Part shown: piece after piece, positions 10,210 to 17,304 of the stretch
Numbering within the stretch: the first letter of the stretch is position 1
How the letters are laid out: each line of letters opens with the position of its first letter
Assembly: GCA_047971925.1 (NCBI GenBank)
Contig: JBKEAC010000085.1
Coordinates: forward strand, 10,794 to 74,793
DNA from: Mangrovibacterium sp.
GTDB lineage: Bacteria > Bacteroidota > Bacteroidia > Bacteroidales > Prolixibacteraceae
Reading direction: 5' to 3'
Length of the DNA: 64,000 nt
Notes under the pieces: generated by a model
The model's input: only the letters and a program-made list of their open reading frames with translations
Databases searched by the model: none
Told to the model about the DNA's origin: nothing
Position numbers and translations under genes: made by a program

Positions 10210-11418
10210 ATGAATAATAAACTTACTGCACTCACTCTTTGCACTTGTCTTTTTGCTACATCTTCTTGGGCTAAAAATGACAACAAGAAACAAAATGAAG
10301 GTGGATACATCTTCTCAACTACAAAGGAAATACCCCACACATCGGTAAAAGATCAAAACCGATCGGGCACTTGCTGGTCATTCTCAACACTCAGCTTCAT
10401 TGAATCGGAAATGCTACGAGCAGGAAAACCGGAAACCGATCTTTCTGAAATGTTTGTCGTGCGACACGTTTATAAAGACAAATCAGAAAAATATGTACGC
10501 CTACATGGCAATCTAAACTATAGCGCAGGTGCTGGCTCACGCGACGTGCCATATATCATCGAAAAATATGGCATTGTTCCCGAAGGAGTTTATGGCGGAC
10601 TATCATATGGAGAAGACAAACACGTGCACGGCGAAATGGATGAAATGCTACTTGCCCAAGTGGGTGCTGTGATTAAAAACAAAAATCGAAAACTTTCACC
10701 AGCTTGGACTACCGCCATCGATGGAACTCTTGATGCATACTTAGGCGAGCTTCCCGAAGAATTCGAATATCATGGAAAAAAATATAGCCCTCAATCGTTT
10801 GCTTCCGATTTCGTTGGGCTCAACATGAACGACTATATTGAAATTACATCATTCACACACCAACCATTCTACAAATCATTCGCCTTAGCCATTCCCGACA
10901 ATTGGCTATGGGGCGAAAGCTACAATGTGCCAATGAATGAAATGATTGCAATAATCGACAATGCCATTGCCAATGACTACACTATTGCTTGGGGGGCTGA
11001 TGTAAGTGAAAAAGGATTTGTTACCAAAAATCAAGGTGTAGCTGTTGTGCCTGAAGTAAACACACAAGAAATGAGCAATGCCGAAATTGCAAAATGGGAA
11101 AACATGTCGACAAACGAAAAAGATGCCGAACTTTACAAACTCGATAAACCAGGAAAAGAAAAAACCATCACACAAGAAATGCGCCAACAAGCCTACGACA
11201 ACTATGAAACAACCGATGATCACGGCATGGAAATTATAGGCACAGCCAAAGATCAAAATGGAACCCCCTATTACATTGTAAAAAACTCTTGGGGCGAATA
11301 CAATAAATACAAAGGCTATTTCTATGCCTCAATTCCTTTTGTGCAATACAAAACAATGAGCATCATGGTAAATAAAAACGCCATTCCTAGCGAAATACGC
11401 CAAAAACTTGGAATCTAA
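10210..11418 (+). CDS. pepC: C1-family cysteine aminopeptidase (aminopeptidase C / bleomycin hydrolase-like) with signal peptide
   Basis: 402 aa. Catalytic Cys motif QNRSGTCWSFS, a downstream H/N region (HGMEIIG..VKNSWG), and an N-terminal hydrophobic signal LTLCTCLFATSSWA. Confidence 0.85.
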   Translation: MNNKLTALTLCTCLFATSSWAKNDNKKQNEGGYIFSTTKEIPHTSVKDQNRSGTCWSFSTLSFIESEMLRAGKPETDLSEMFVVRHVYKDKSEKYVRLHGNLNYSAGAGSRDVPYIIEKYGIVPEGVYGGLSYGEDKHVHGEMDEMLLAQVGAVIKNKNRKLSPAWTTAIDGTLDAYLGELPEEFEYHGKKYSPQSFASDFVGLNMNDYIEITSFTHQPFYKSFALAIPDNWLWGESYNVPMNEMIAIIDNAIANDYTIAWGADVSEKGFVTKNQGVAVVPEVNTQEMSNAEIAKWENMSTNEKDAELYKLDKPGKEKTITQEMRQQAYDNYETTDDHGMEIIGTAKDQNGTPYYIVKNSWGEYNKYKGYFYASIPFVQYKTMSIMVNKNAIPSEIRQKLGI

Positions 11419-11441
11419 ATTACGTAAGTATTCCTAAAAAT

Positions 11442-11480
11442 AAAGCGGACGAATTTGAAATTCGTCCGCTTTATTTTTTT
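11442..11480 (+). terminator. Rho-independent terminator after pepC (possibly bidirectional)
   Basis: 12-bp perfect stem AAAGCGGACGAA / TTCGTCCGCTTT with a 7-nt loop, followed by ATTTTTTT. An A-rich tract lies on the other side, between convergent genes. Confidence 0.8.
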
Positions 11481-11546
11481 ATTCATTAAATCATCTCTTT
11501 ATCCAATTGAAAACAAGCCAAAAACCACAGCAAGCCTCACTTCCTG

Positions 11547-11939
11547 CTATTTTTGAACAACTTCTTCTTTTGCCACTTCTTTTGCTTCCTTGAGGTGACT
11601 ACCAGACATATCGCAAGTACCATCGAAAATAGCCTCCGCCTCAATGCTCAAAACCGATGTATAAAGCTCCCCTCTCAATCGTGCTTTTTCTCGAAGAGTT
11701 GTTCGCTCTTTAACCTTAAATGCACCCAAAACTTCTCCTAAAACCTCGAAATTAGCACAAACTATATCGCCAAAAACCTTTCCTGTCAGACCAATTACCA
11801 GACGACCGGTACAATTAATTGTACCTTCCAATTCACCATCAATACGAATATCACCTTCCACACTCATATCACCAACAAACTTTGTTCCTTGTCCGATAAA
11901 GGTGAAAACTTGTTGCACCTCGGTATTTACCTTTGCCAT
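11547..11939 (-). CDS. Bactofilin-family polymer-forming cytoskeletal protein
   Basis: 130 aa with a repetitive beta-helix pattern (GDMSVEGDIRIDGELEGTINCTGRLVIGLTGKVFGDIVCANFEVLGEVLG) typical of bactofilin/CcmA (DUF583). Confidence 0.8.
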   Translation of the reverse strand: MAKVNTEVQQVFTFIGQGTKFVGDMSVEGDIRIDGELEGTINCTGRLVIGLTGKVFGDIVCANFEVLGEVLGAFKVKERTTLREKARLRGELYTSVLSIEAEAIFDGTCDMSGSHLKEAKEVAKEEVVQK

Positions 11940-11984
11940 TTTTCGTAATTTATTGTTTCACAATGCAATATTATTCATCAAAAG

Positions 11985-12056
11985 TGACCCCAATGAGACT
12001 CGAACTCATATCGTCAGAACCGGAATCTGATATTCTATCCATTGAACTATGGAGCC
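11985..12056 (-). tRNA. tRNA-Arg (anticodon CCG)
   Basis: Hand-folded cloverleaf on the minus strand: acceptor GGCTCCA/TGGGGTC, D arm GTTC-AATGGATA-GAAT, anticodon arm TCAGA-TTCCGGT-TCTGA (CCG), T arm ATGAG-TTCGAGT-CTCAT, discriminator A. Length 72 nt, no encoded CCA. Confidence 0.85.
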
Positions 12057-12063
12057 AATCGCA

Positions 12064-12071
12064 CAAAAGTA
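12064..12071 (-). promoter_or_regulatory. Bacteroidota -7 promoter box (TACTTTTG) for tRNA-Arg
   Basis: Plus-strand CAAAAGTA is TAnnTTTG on the minus strand, ending 8 nt upstream of the mature tRNA 5' end. Confidence 0.45.
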
Positions 12072-12209
12072 AAAAAAACATTCATATAATTATCTAATTA
12101 AACCATCATAATATCACTTTTACTCTTATTTCACATATAACCTCAACCAAACACAGCTCTCAAATAGCCAATTTCAAGCATCTTTATACATTTCCATAAA
12201 AAAACTATT

Positions 12210-12336
12210 CTTTGGGGGTGCCGGCATCTCTCCTCGCCACTTGCCCACGCCCTGCCGTCGCGCTTTCCGCTACAATCTTTTCCCGCCTTAGGTCGGGAAA
12301 AGGATTTTCGCTGCAATCGCTCACCCAGCTTCGCCA
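12210..12336 (-). ncRNA. Candidate structured RNA, copy A (unclassified family)
   Basis: Conspicuously GC-rich island in AT-rich intergenic DNA. It is homologous to copy B (12921-13055) in inverted orientation. The conserved blocks are GGGUGAG, AAAUCCUUUU..AAAAGAUUG, CGGAAAGC.CGACGGCAGGGC, UGGGCA, UGGCG.GGAG and AUGCCGGCACCCCC. The internal hairpin has a different sequence from copy B. On the minus strand a U-run (TAGTTTTTTT) follows about 10 nt after the 3' end. Confidence 0.5.
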
Positions 12337-12793
12337 CTCATCAGAAATTGCAATGTAAAATGAAATTAGCCTCTAAAAAAAAAAACAAATGATCAGATGA
12401 ATTGTTAAAAAGTATTTATTTAGTGTCATTTTATGCAAGGTCGCATGCATTGAGGAAAGCTAACTTGAAGTAATAAATAGGCGCAAACACATGGCAACCC
12501 CTTTAACAATCGAGGTTCATGAAGAATGAATGACGAATGCATTTTGAACTTTTATGATGCATCCGTCGCAACAGACGGACACGCTTTGTACTTTTTGTGC
12601 GAATAATTTTTGTTAGATTGTGAATTCGTGTTAAAAGCAAAGCAATATGACAGATCGAATAGTTAACCCGAGTTAAAAGTAACCTCGTAATTAAATTCAG
12701 ATTGTTAATAAAAGTTATAAGCAGACGAATAATCAATTGCGTATTGTGTCAAAAAGTGCAATATTGGTCAATAAATAGAAAATTACAGACTAC

Positions 12794-12887
12794 ATTTTAA
12801 CACTTTCAAGCTATATCGGAGTAAAAATAGACGAGATTTTAACATTTTTAAGTTATCAAGAAAACTCAAAGCAGATGATTTTAACAT
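12794..12887 (+). repeat. Three direct ATTTTAACA(C/T) boxes spaced exactly 42 bp apart
   Basis: Boxes start at 12794, 12836 and 12878, just upstream of the putative promoter of RNA copy B. Confidence 0.6.
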
Positions 12888-12912
12888 TTCTTTTTTGAGC
12901 ATTTAGCTTCGG

Positions 12913-12920
12913 TAGTTTTG
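12913..12920 (+). promoter_or_regulatory. Bacteroidota -7 promoter box (TAGTTTTG) upstream of RNA copy B
   Basis: Exact TAnnTTTG match ending a few nt before the conserved RNA block starts (CAGCCGGGUGAGG). A TTTG lies upstream, although the spacing is shorter than consensus. Confidence 0.4.
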
Positions 12921-13055
12921 CACAGCCGGGTGAGGTATTGGCGTGGAAATCCTTTTAAGTGGGCTTTGCCTTTTGCCCACTTAAAAGATTGGAACGGAAA
13001 GCCCGACGGCAGGGCTGGGCATTGTGGCGGGGAGGAATGCCGGCACCCCCAAAAG
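12921..13055 (+). ncRNA. Candidate structured RNA, copy B (unclassified family)
   Basis: GC-rich island with predicted closing helix GGGUG/CACCC, helix AAUCCUUUU/AAAAGAUU capped by an 8-bp hairpin AAGUGGGC-loop-GCCCACUU, hairpin GCCC-GACGGCA-GGGC and hairpin GGCAU..AUGCC. Homologous to copy A. Confidence 0.5.
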
Positions 13056-13221
13056 CCACAAGCACAGCATAACAATCACAGACACATGGGTAAAGAAAAA
13101 TAAAGCACTAATACTCATATAAATTCAGAAGAAAACATATCGATTAGCAAGCATCAATTTTTAATTTAAAATTCCACCTTTTTTTTCTCAAAAATAAAAC
13201 CCGTAATCAAGTTGAAAAAAC

Positions 13222-13229
13222 TATCTTTG
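13222..13229 (+). promoter_or_regulatory. Bacteroidota -7 promoter box (TATCTTTG) for purL
   Basis: Exact TAnnTTTG match 47 nt upstream of the purL ATG. Confidence 0.45.
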
Positions 13230-13275
13230 CATCTTTCATTAAGCTTAGTACAAAAAATATCAAAATAACATCATA

Positions 13276-16200
13276 ATGATTTCTTTTTTCAAGACACCTT
13301 CGAACAGCGTGATAGCCGTTCATTCTTCTGAAAAAATTGACAATTCAAGCACCAGCAAGCTTATCTGGCTTTTTGGTCATGCCGAGTATCTTTCGGCAAC
13401 GCAAATTGCAGGAACTTTCGTGGGACCACGCAAAGAAATGATTACCCCTTGGAGCACAAATGCCGTTGAAATCACTCAAAACATGAGTATCAGCGGCATT
13501 ATTCGTATAGAGGAGTTTGTGGAAGTGCCTAACAAAAATGCAGGTTTCGACCCCATGCTTCAACGCATGTATGAAGGGCTCAACCAAGATATATTCAGCA
13601 TTAACAAACAACCTGATGCTATTGTTGAAGTTAGCGACATGGCTGCCTACAACGAAAAAGAAGGCTTGGCATTGAGCTCTGATGAAATTACTTATTTAGA
13701 ATCGGTGGCTAAAACTTTAGGACGGAAATTAACCGATAGTGAGGTGTTTGGTTTCTCGCAAGTGAACTCGGAACACTGCCGCCACAAAATATTCAACGGC
13801 ACATTCATCATTGATGGTGTGGAGCAAGAAATGTCGCTGTTCAAAATGATTCGCAAGACTTCTGAAATGAACCCGAACCAAATTGTTTCTGCCTATAAAG
13901 ACAACTGCTCATTTGTGCAAGGTCCGGTGGTGGAACAATTCGCTCCAGCAAGTCATGACAAACCCGATTTCTTTGAAATTAAAGATATAGAGACTGTTCT
14001 TTCGCTAAAAGCCGAAACGCACAACTTCCCCACTACAGTAGAACCTTTCAATGGTGCAGCAACAGGAACGGGAGGCGAAATTCGCGACCGTATTGCAGGA
14101 GGAAAAGGCGCATTGCCGATTGCAGGAACAGCCGTTTACATGACTTCCTATCCTCGCAGTGAGGCAGGTCGATCGTGGGAGCAAGCCACAGAAGAAAGAG
14201 ATTGGTTATACCAAACTCCCGAAGAAATATTGATTAAAGCATCGAATGGGGCTTCAGATTTTGGAAACAAATTTGGGCAGCCTCTTATTACAGGTTCGGT
14301 GCTCACTTTCGAACACTTTGAAAACAATAAAAAATACGGCTACGATAAAGTAATTATGATGGCTGGTGGCATCGGCTTTGGAAAAAAGGTAGATAGCTTG
14401 AAAGACAAACCAACTGCTGGCGATAAAGTAGTGCTTTTAGGTGGCGACAATTACCGCATTGGCATGGGCGGTGGCGCCGTTTCATCGGTAGCAACAGGCG
14501 AATTTGAAAACGCTATTGAGCTAAATGCAGTGCAGCGTGCCAATCCTGAAATGCAAAAACGTGCCTACAATGCCATTCGTGCGCTGAGTGAATCGGAAAA
14601 CAACCCAATTGTTTCTATTCACGACCACGGTGCAGGCGGACACTTAAATTGCCTCTCGGAATTAGTGGAAGAAACTGGCGGACACATTGACACAGCTAAA
14701 TTGCCTGTGGGCGACCCTACTCTCTCGCAAAAAGAAGTGGTTGGTAATGAAAGTCAAGAGCGCATGGGGCTTGTAATGAATGGCAAAGATGTGGCTTGGT
14801 TGCAACGTGTGGCAGATAGAGAACGCTCGCCCATGTATGTCATTGGTGAAGCTACTGGCGACATGCAATTTACTTTCGAAAACTCGAAAACAGGCGAAAA
14901 ACCAATCGACTGGCAATTGAAATACATGTTTGGCAATCCACCAAAAACAATCTTAACCGATACAACAAAAGAAGAAAAATTTGCTGAATTAGGATATAAA
15001 ACAGAAGAACTGCAAAAAAACTTAGAACAAGTGTTGCAGTTGGAGTCGGTGGCTTGTAAAGACTGGTTAACTAACAAAGTTGACCGCTCAGTTACTGGAA
15101 GAATTGCGAAACAACAGTGCGCTGGTGAATTGCAATTACCATTGAACAACTGCGGTGTTATCACTCTCGACTATCAAGGGAAAGCGGGATTTGCAACCTC
15201 AATTGGTCATGCACCAGTAGCGGCAATGATTGACCCAGCTCGTGGCTCTGTGCTTTCCATTGCCGAATCGCTCACTAATATTATTTGGGCTCCGATGCCT
15301 GAAAAATTGAAATCTGTTTCGCTTTCTGCTAACTGGATGTGGCCAGCTAAAAATGAGGGCGAAAATGCTCGCATTTATAAAGCCGTGAAAGCAGCTTCTG
15401 ACTTTGCTTGTGAATTAGGCATTAACATTCCAACGGGAAAAGACTCGATGTCGATGACTCAAAAATATAAAAACGATGTGGTTTATTCGCCTGGATGTGT
15501 GATTATAACGGCATCGGGTGAAGTGACCGACGTGAAGAAAGTGGTAGAACCAGTGTTGGTGAACGACGCATCGAAACCCGTTTATTACATCGACCTTTCA
15601 TCAATGCATCTTGTGCTTGGCGGTTCAGCATTCGGGCAAATTATAAATCGCATCGGGCAAGAAGCTCCTACTGTTGCCAACACGCCTTACTTCATGAAGG
15701 CATTCAACACTGTGCAAGCACTCATTGAAGATGGCGAAATTGCTGCAGGACATGATGTAGCATCGGGTGGTTTAATCACCTCACTTCTTGAAATGTGTTT
15801 CTCGAATAATCGGGTGGGATTAAATCTCGATTTATCAGGAATTGGCGAAGCTGACACAACAAAAGTGTTCTTCAATGAAAACCCTTCATTAGTTCTTCAA
15901 GCCAATAACGCCAATTCTTTCGAAAGCAAATTAAACGCTGCAGGAATACGCTTTGTTAAGATCGGAACTCCATCGGAAAAACGTGAGTTTACAGTGTTGA
16001 ACCACGGTGAAAATTTATCGCTAGATATTAATGCACTTCGCGATCTTTGGTTTAAGACTTCTTACCTCATGGATAGAAAACAAAGTGGCGAAAAACATGC
16101 AAAAGTTCGCTTTGAAAACTATAAGAAAAATGCAATTGAGTTCGATTTCAAAGGATTTACAGGAAAGGCTTCCGATTATGGTATCGATTTAAAACGTCGT

Positions 16201-16962
16201 ACACCTAGTGGCATTAAAGCTGCAATCATTCGTGAAAAAGGTGTGAATGGCGAGCGTGAAATGGCTTATATGCTCTATTTGGCAGGCTTCGATGTGAAAG
16301 ATGTGCACATGACAGACCTCATTGAAGGTCGCGAAACTTTGGAAGATGTGAATTTGATTGTATATTGCGGTGGCTTCTCAAATTCCGATGTGCTTGGTTC
16401 TGCCAAGGGTTGGGCTGGAGCATTCAAATACAATGACAAAGCACGCACGGCACTTGAAAACTTCTATCGCCGCGAAGATACATTGAGCTTGGGCGTGTGC
16501 AACGGTTGTCAATTAGCTGTTGAACTTGATTTGATTTATCCTGAACACGCCGAAAAACCACGCATGCTGCACAATGAGTCGCACAAATTTGAATCGAACT
16601 TCATCGGCGTAGAAATTGCACCAAACAATTCGGTGATGTTGAAAAGCATGGCAGGCATGAAATTAGGTGTATGGATTGCTCATGGCGAAGGTAAATTCTC
16701 CTTGCCCTATGCAGAAAGCGAATACGACATTCCATTCAAATATGCCAACACTGGATATCCAGGTAATCCGAATGGTTCCGACTACAATGCCGCAGCTATC
16801 TGCTCAAAAGATGGTCGCCATTTAGCCATGATGCCTCACTTAGAGCGTGCATTCCGCCCATGGTTATGTGCTCACTATCCTGCAGATAGAAAGCTCGATG
16901 AAGTAACACCTTGGATGGAAGCATTTGCAAATGCTCGTGAGTGGATTTTTGAGAAGATGTAA
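13276..16962 (+). CDS. purL: Phosphoribosylformylglycinamidine (FGAM) synthase, single-chain large form
   Basis: 1228 aa with the FGAM synthase core (ETHNFPT.VEPF.GAATG.GG.IRD, DHGAGGH) and a C-terminal glutaminase domain with the catalytic GVCNGCQ motif. Confidence 0.95.
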   Translation: MISFFKTPSNSVIAVHSSEKIDNSSTSKLIWLFGHAEYLSATQIAGTFVGPRKEMITPWSTNAVEITQNMSISGIIRIEEFVEVPNKNAGFDPMLQRMYEGLNQDIFSINKQPDAIVEVSDMAAYNEKEGLALSSDEITYLESVAKTLGRKLTDSEVFGFSQVNSEHCRHKIFNGTFIIDGVEQEMSLFKMIRKTSEMNPNQIVSAYKDNCSFVQGPVVEQFAPASHDKPDFFEIKDIETVLSLKAETHNFPTTVEPFNGAATGTGGEIRDRIAGGKGALPIAGTAVYMTSYPRSEAGRSWEQATEERDWLYQTPEEILIKASNGASDFGNKFGQPLITGSVLTFEHFENNKKYGYDKVIMMAGGIGFGKKVDSLKDKPTAGDKVVLLGGDNYRIGMGGGAVSSVATGEFENAIELNAVQRANPEMQKRAYNAIRALSESENNPIVSIHDHGAGGHLNCLSELVEETGGHIDTAKLPVGDPTLSQKEVVGNESQERMGLVMNGKDVAWLQRVADRERSPMYVIGEATGDMQFTFENSKTGEKPIDWQLKYMFGNPPKTILTDTTKEEKFAELGYKTEELQKNLEQVLQLESVACKDWLTNKVDRSVTGRIAKQQCAGELQLPLNNCGVITLDYQGKAGFATSIGHAPVAAMIDPARGSVLSIAESLTNIIWAPMPEKLKSVSLSANWMWPAKNEGENARIYKAVKAASDFACELGINIPTGKDSMSMTQKYKNDVVYSPGCVIITASGEVTDVKKVVEPVLVNDASKPVYYIDLSSMHLVLGGSAFGQIINRIGQEAPTVANTPYFMKAFNTVQALIEDGEIAAGHDVASGGLITSLLEMCFSNNRVGLNLDLSGIGEADTTKVFFNENPSLVLQANNANSFESKLNAAGIRFVKIGTPSEKREFTVLNHGENLSLDINALRDLWFKTSYLMDRKQSGEKHAKVRFENYKKNAIEFDFKGFTGKASDYGIDLKRRTPSGIKAAIIREKGVNGEREMAYMLYLAGFDVKDVHMTDLIEGRETLEDVNLIVYCGGFSNSDVLGSAKGWAGAFKYNDKARTALENFYRREDTLSLGVCNGCQLAVELDLIYPEHAEKPRMLHNESHKFESNFIGVEIAPNNSVMLKSMAGMKLGVWIAHGEGKFSLPYAESEYDIPFKYANTGYPGNPNGSDYNAAAICSKDGRHLAMMPHLERAFRPWLCAHYPADRKLDEVTPWMEAFANAREWIFEKM

Positions 16963-16971
16963 TGATTAAAA

Positions 16972-17072
16972 ACCTGAGTTTTAGATAACCTTTCAGCTAA
17001 AGAAAATACTCTTGTAATACTCGCAAGATATCAAGAAAGTAGCTAAAACAAAATCCGATCTAAAACTCAGGT
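16972..17072. repeat. Perfect 15-bp inverted repeat (ACCTGAGTTTTAGAT / ATCTAAAACTCAGGT) enclosing 71 bp with a nested hairpin
   Basis: Arms at 16972-16986 and 17058-17072. The inner TCTTG-N9-CAAGA hairpin sits near the centre. The element begins 10 bp after the purL stop. Confidence 0.7.
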
Positions 17073-17304
17073 CAACTGCTAAACCATGAATCACTGTGTA
17101 ATTTTAATTTGCATTGGATAATAAGAATTGAGATATATTTCAACTCATTTTGCAAGTATATTTTGAACATCTCTATTTTTAGCCTCCTCTTAACGGACTT
17201 CAAAAGAAATAGGCACATGTTATAAATATATTTTATTAATTTTGCCAGAATCAATTAATACGAAACATCCACTTTTATAGGATCAATAAAGAATAAAATA
17301 AATT

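Noticed and set aside
12503-12736. 77-aa ORF on the minus strand in the spacer between the two RNA candidates
   Set aside because: It is a low-complexity Ile/Leu/Arg/Thr-rich translation of AT-rich DNA with no promoter box or recognisable motif. An ORF of this length is expected by chance.
12921-13055. Assignment of RNA copy B as a known purine-related riboswitch (ZTP/pfl, guanine, PRPP/ykkC) controlling purL
   Set aside because: There is superficial similarity (GGGU..UGGCG and ..CUGGGCA) to the ZTP consensus as I remember it. However, the UGGCG block is not conserved in copy A, and the predicted closing helix spans the whole element, unlike the two-subdomain ZTP fold. purL has its own TAnnTTTG box 170 bp further downstream, and copy A is not next to any purine gene. 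I leave it unclassified pending cmscan.
11985-13055. Integrated mobile element at tRNA-Arg, with the two GC-rich inverted copies as attL/attR or TIRs
   Set aside because: There is no integrase, transposase or any coding capacity between the copies, and no duplication of the tRNA 3' end. The copies differ by a structure-preserving hairpin swap rather than by random drift. A MITE-like origin cannot be fully excluded without genome-wide copy counts.
12143-13103. ORFs 12143-12337(-), 12881-13075(-) and 12918-13103(+) as small protein genes
   Set aside because: They exist only because the GC-rich islands lack stop codons. ORFs occur on both strands of the same island, the peptides are Gly/Arg/Pro/Cys-rich and unlike every other protein here, and the homologous copies do not preserve a reading frame across the variable hairpin.
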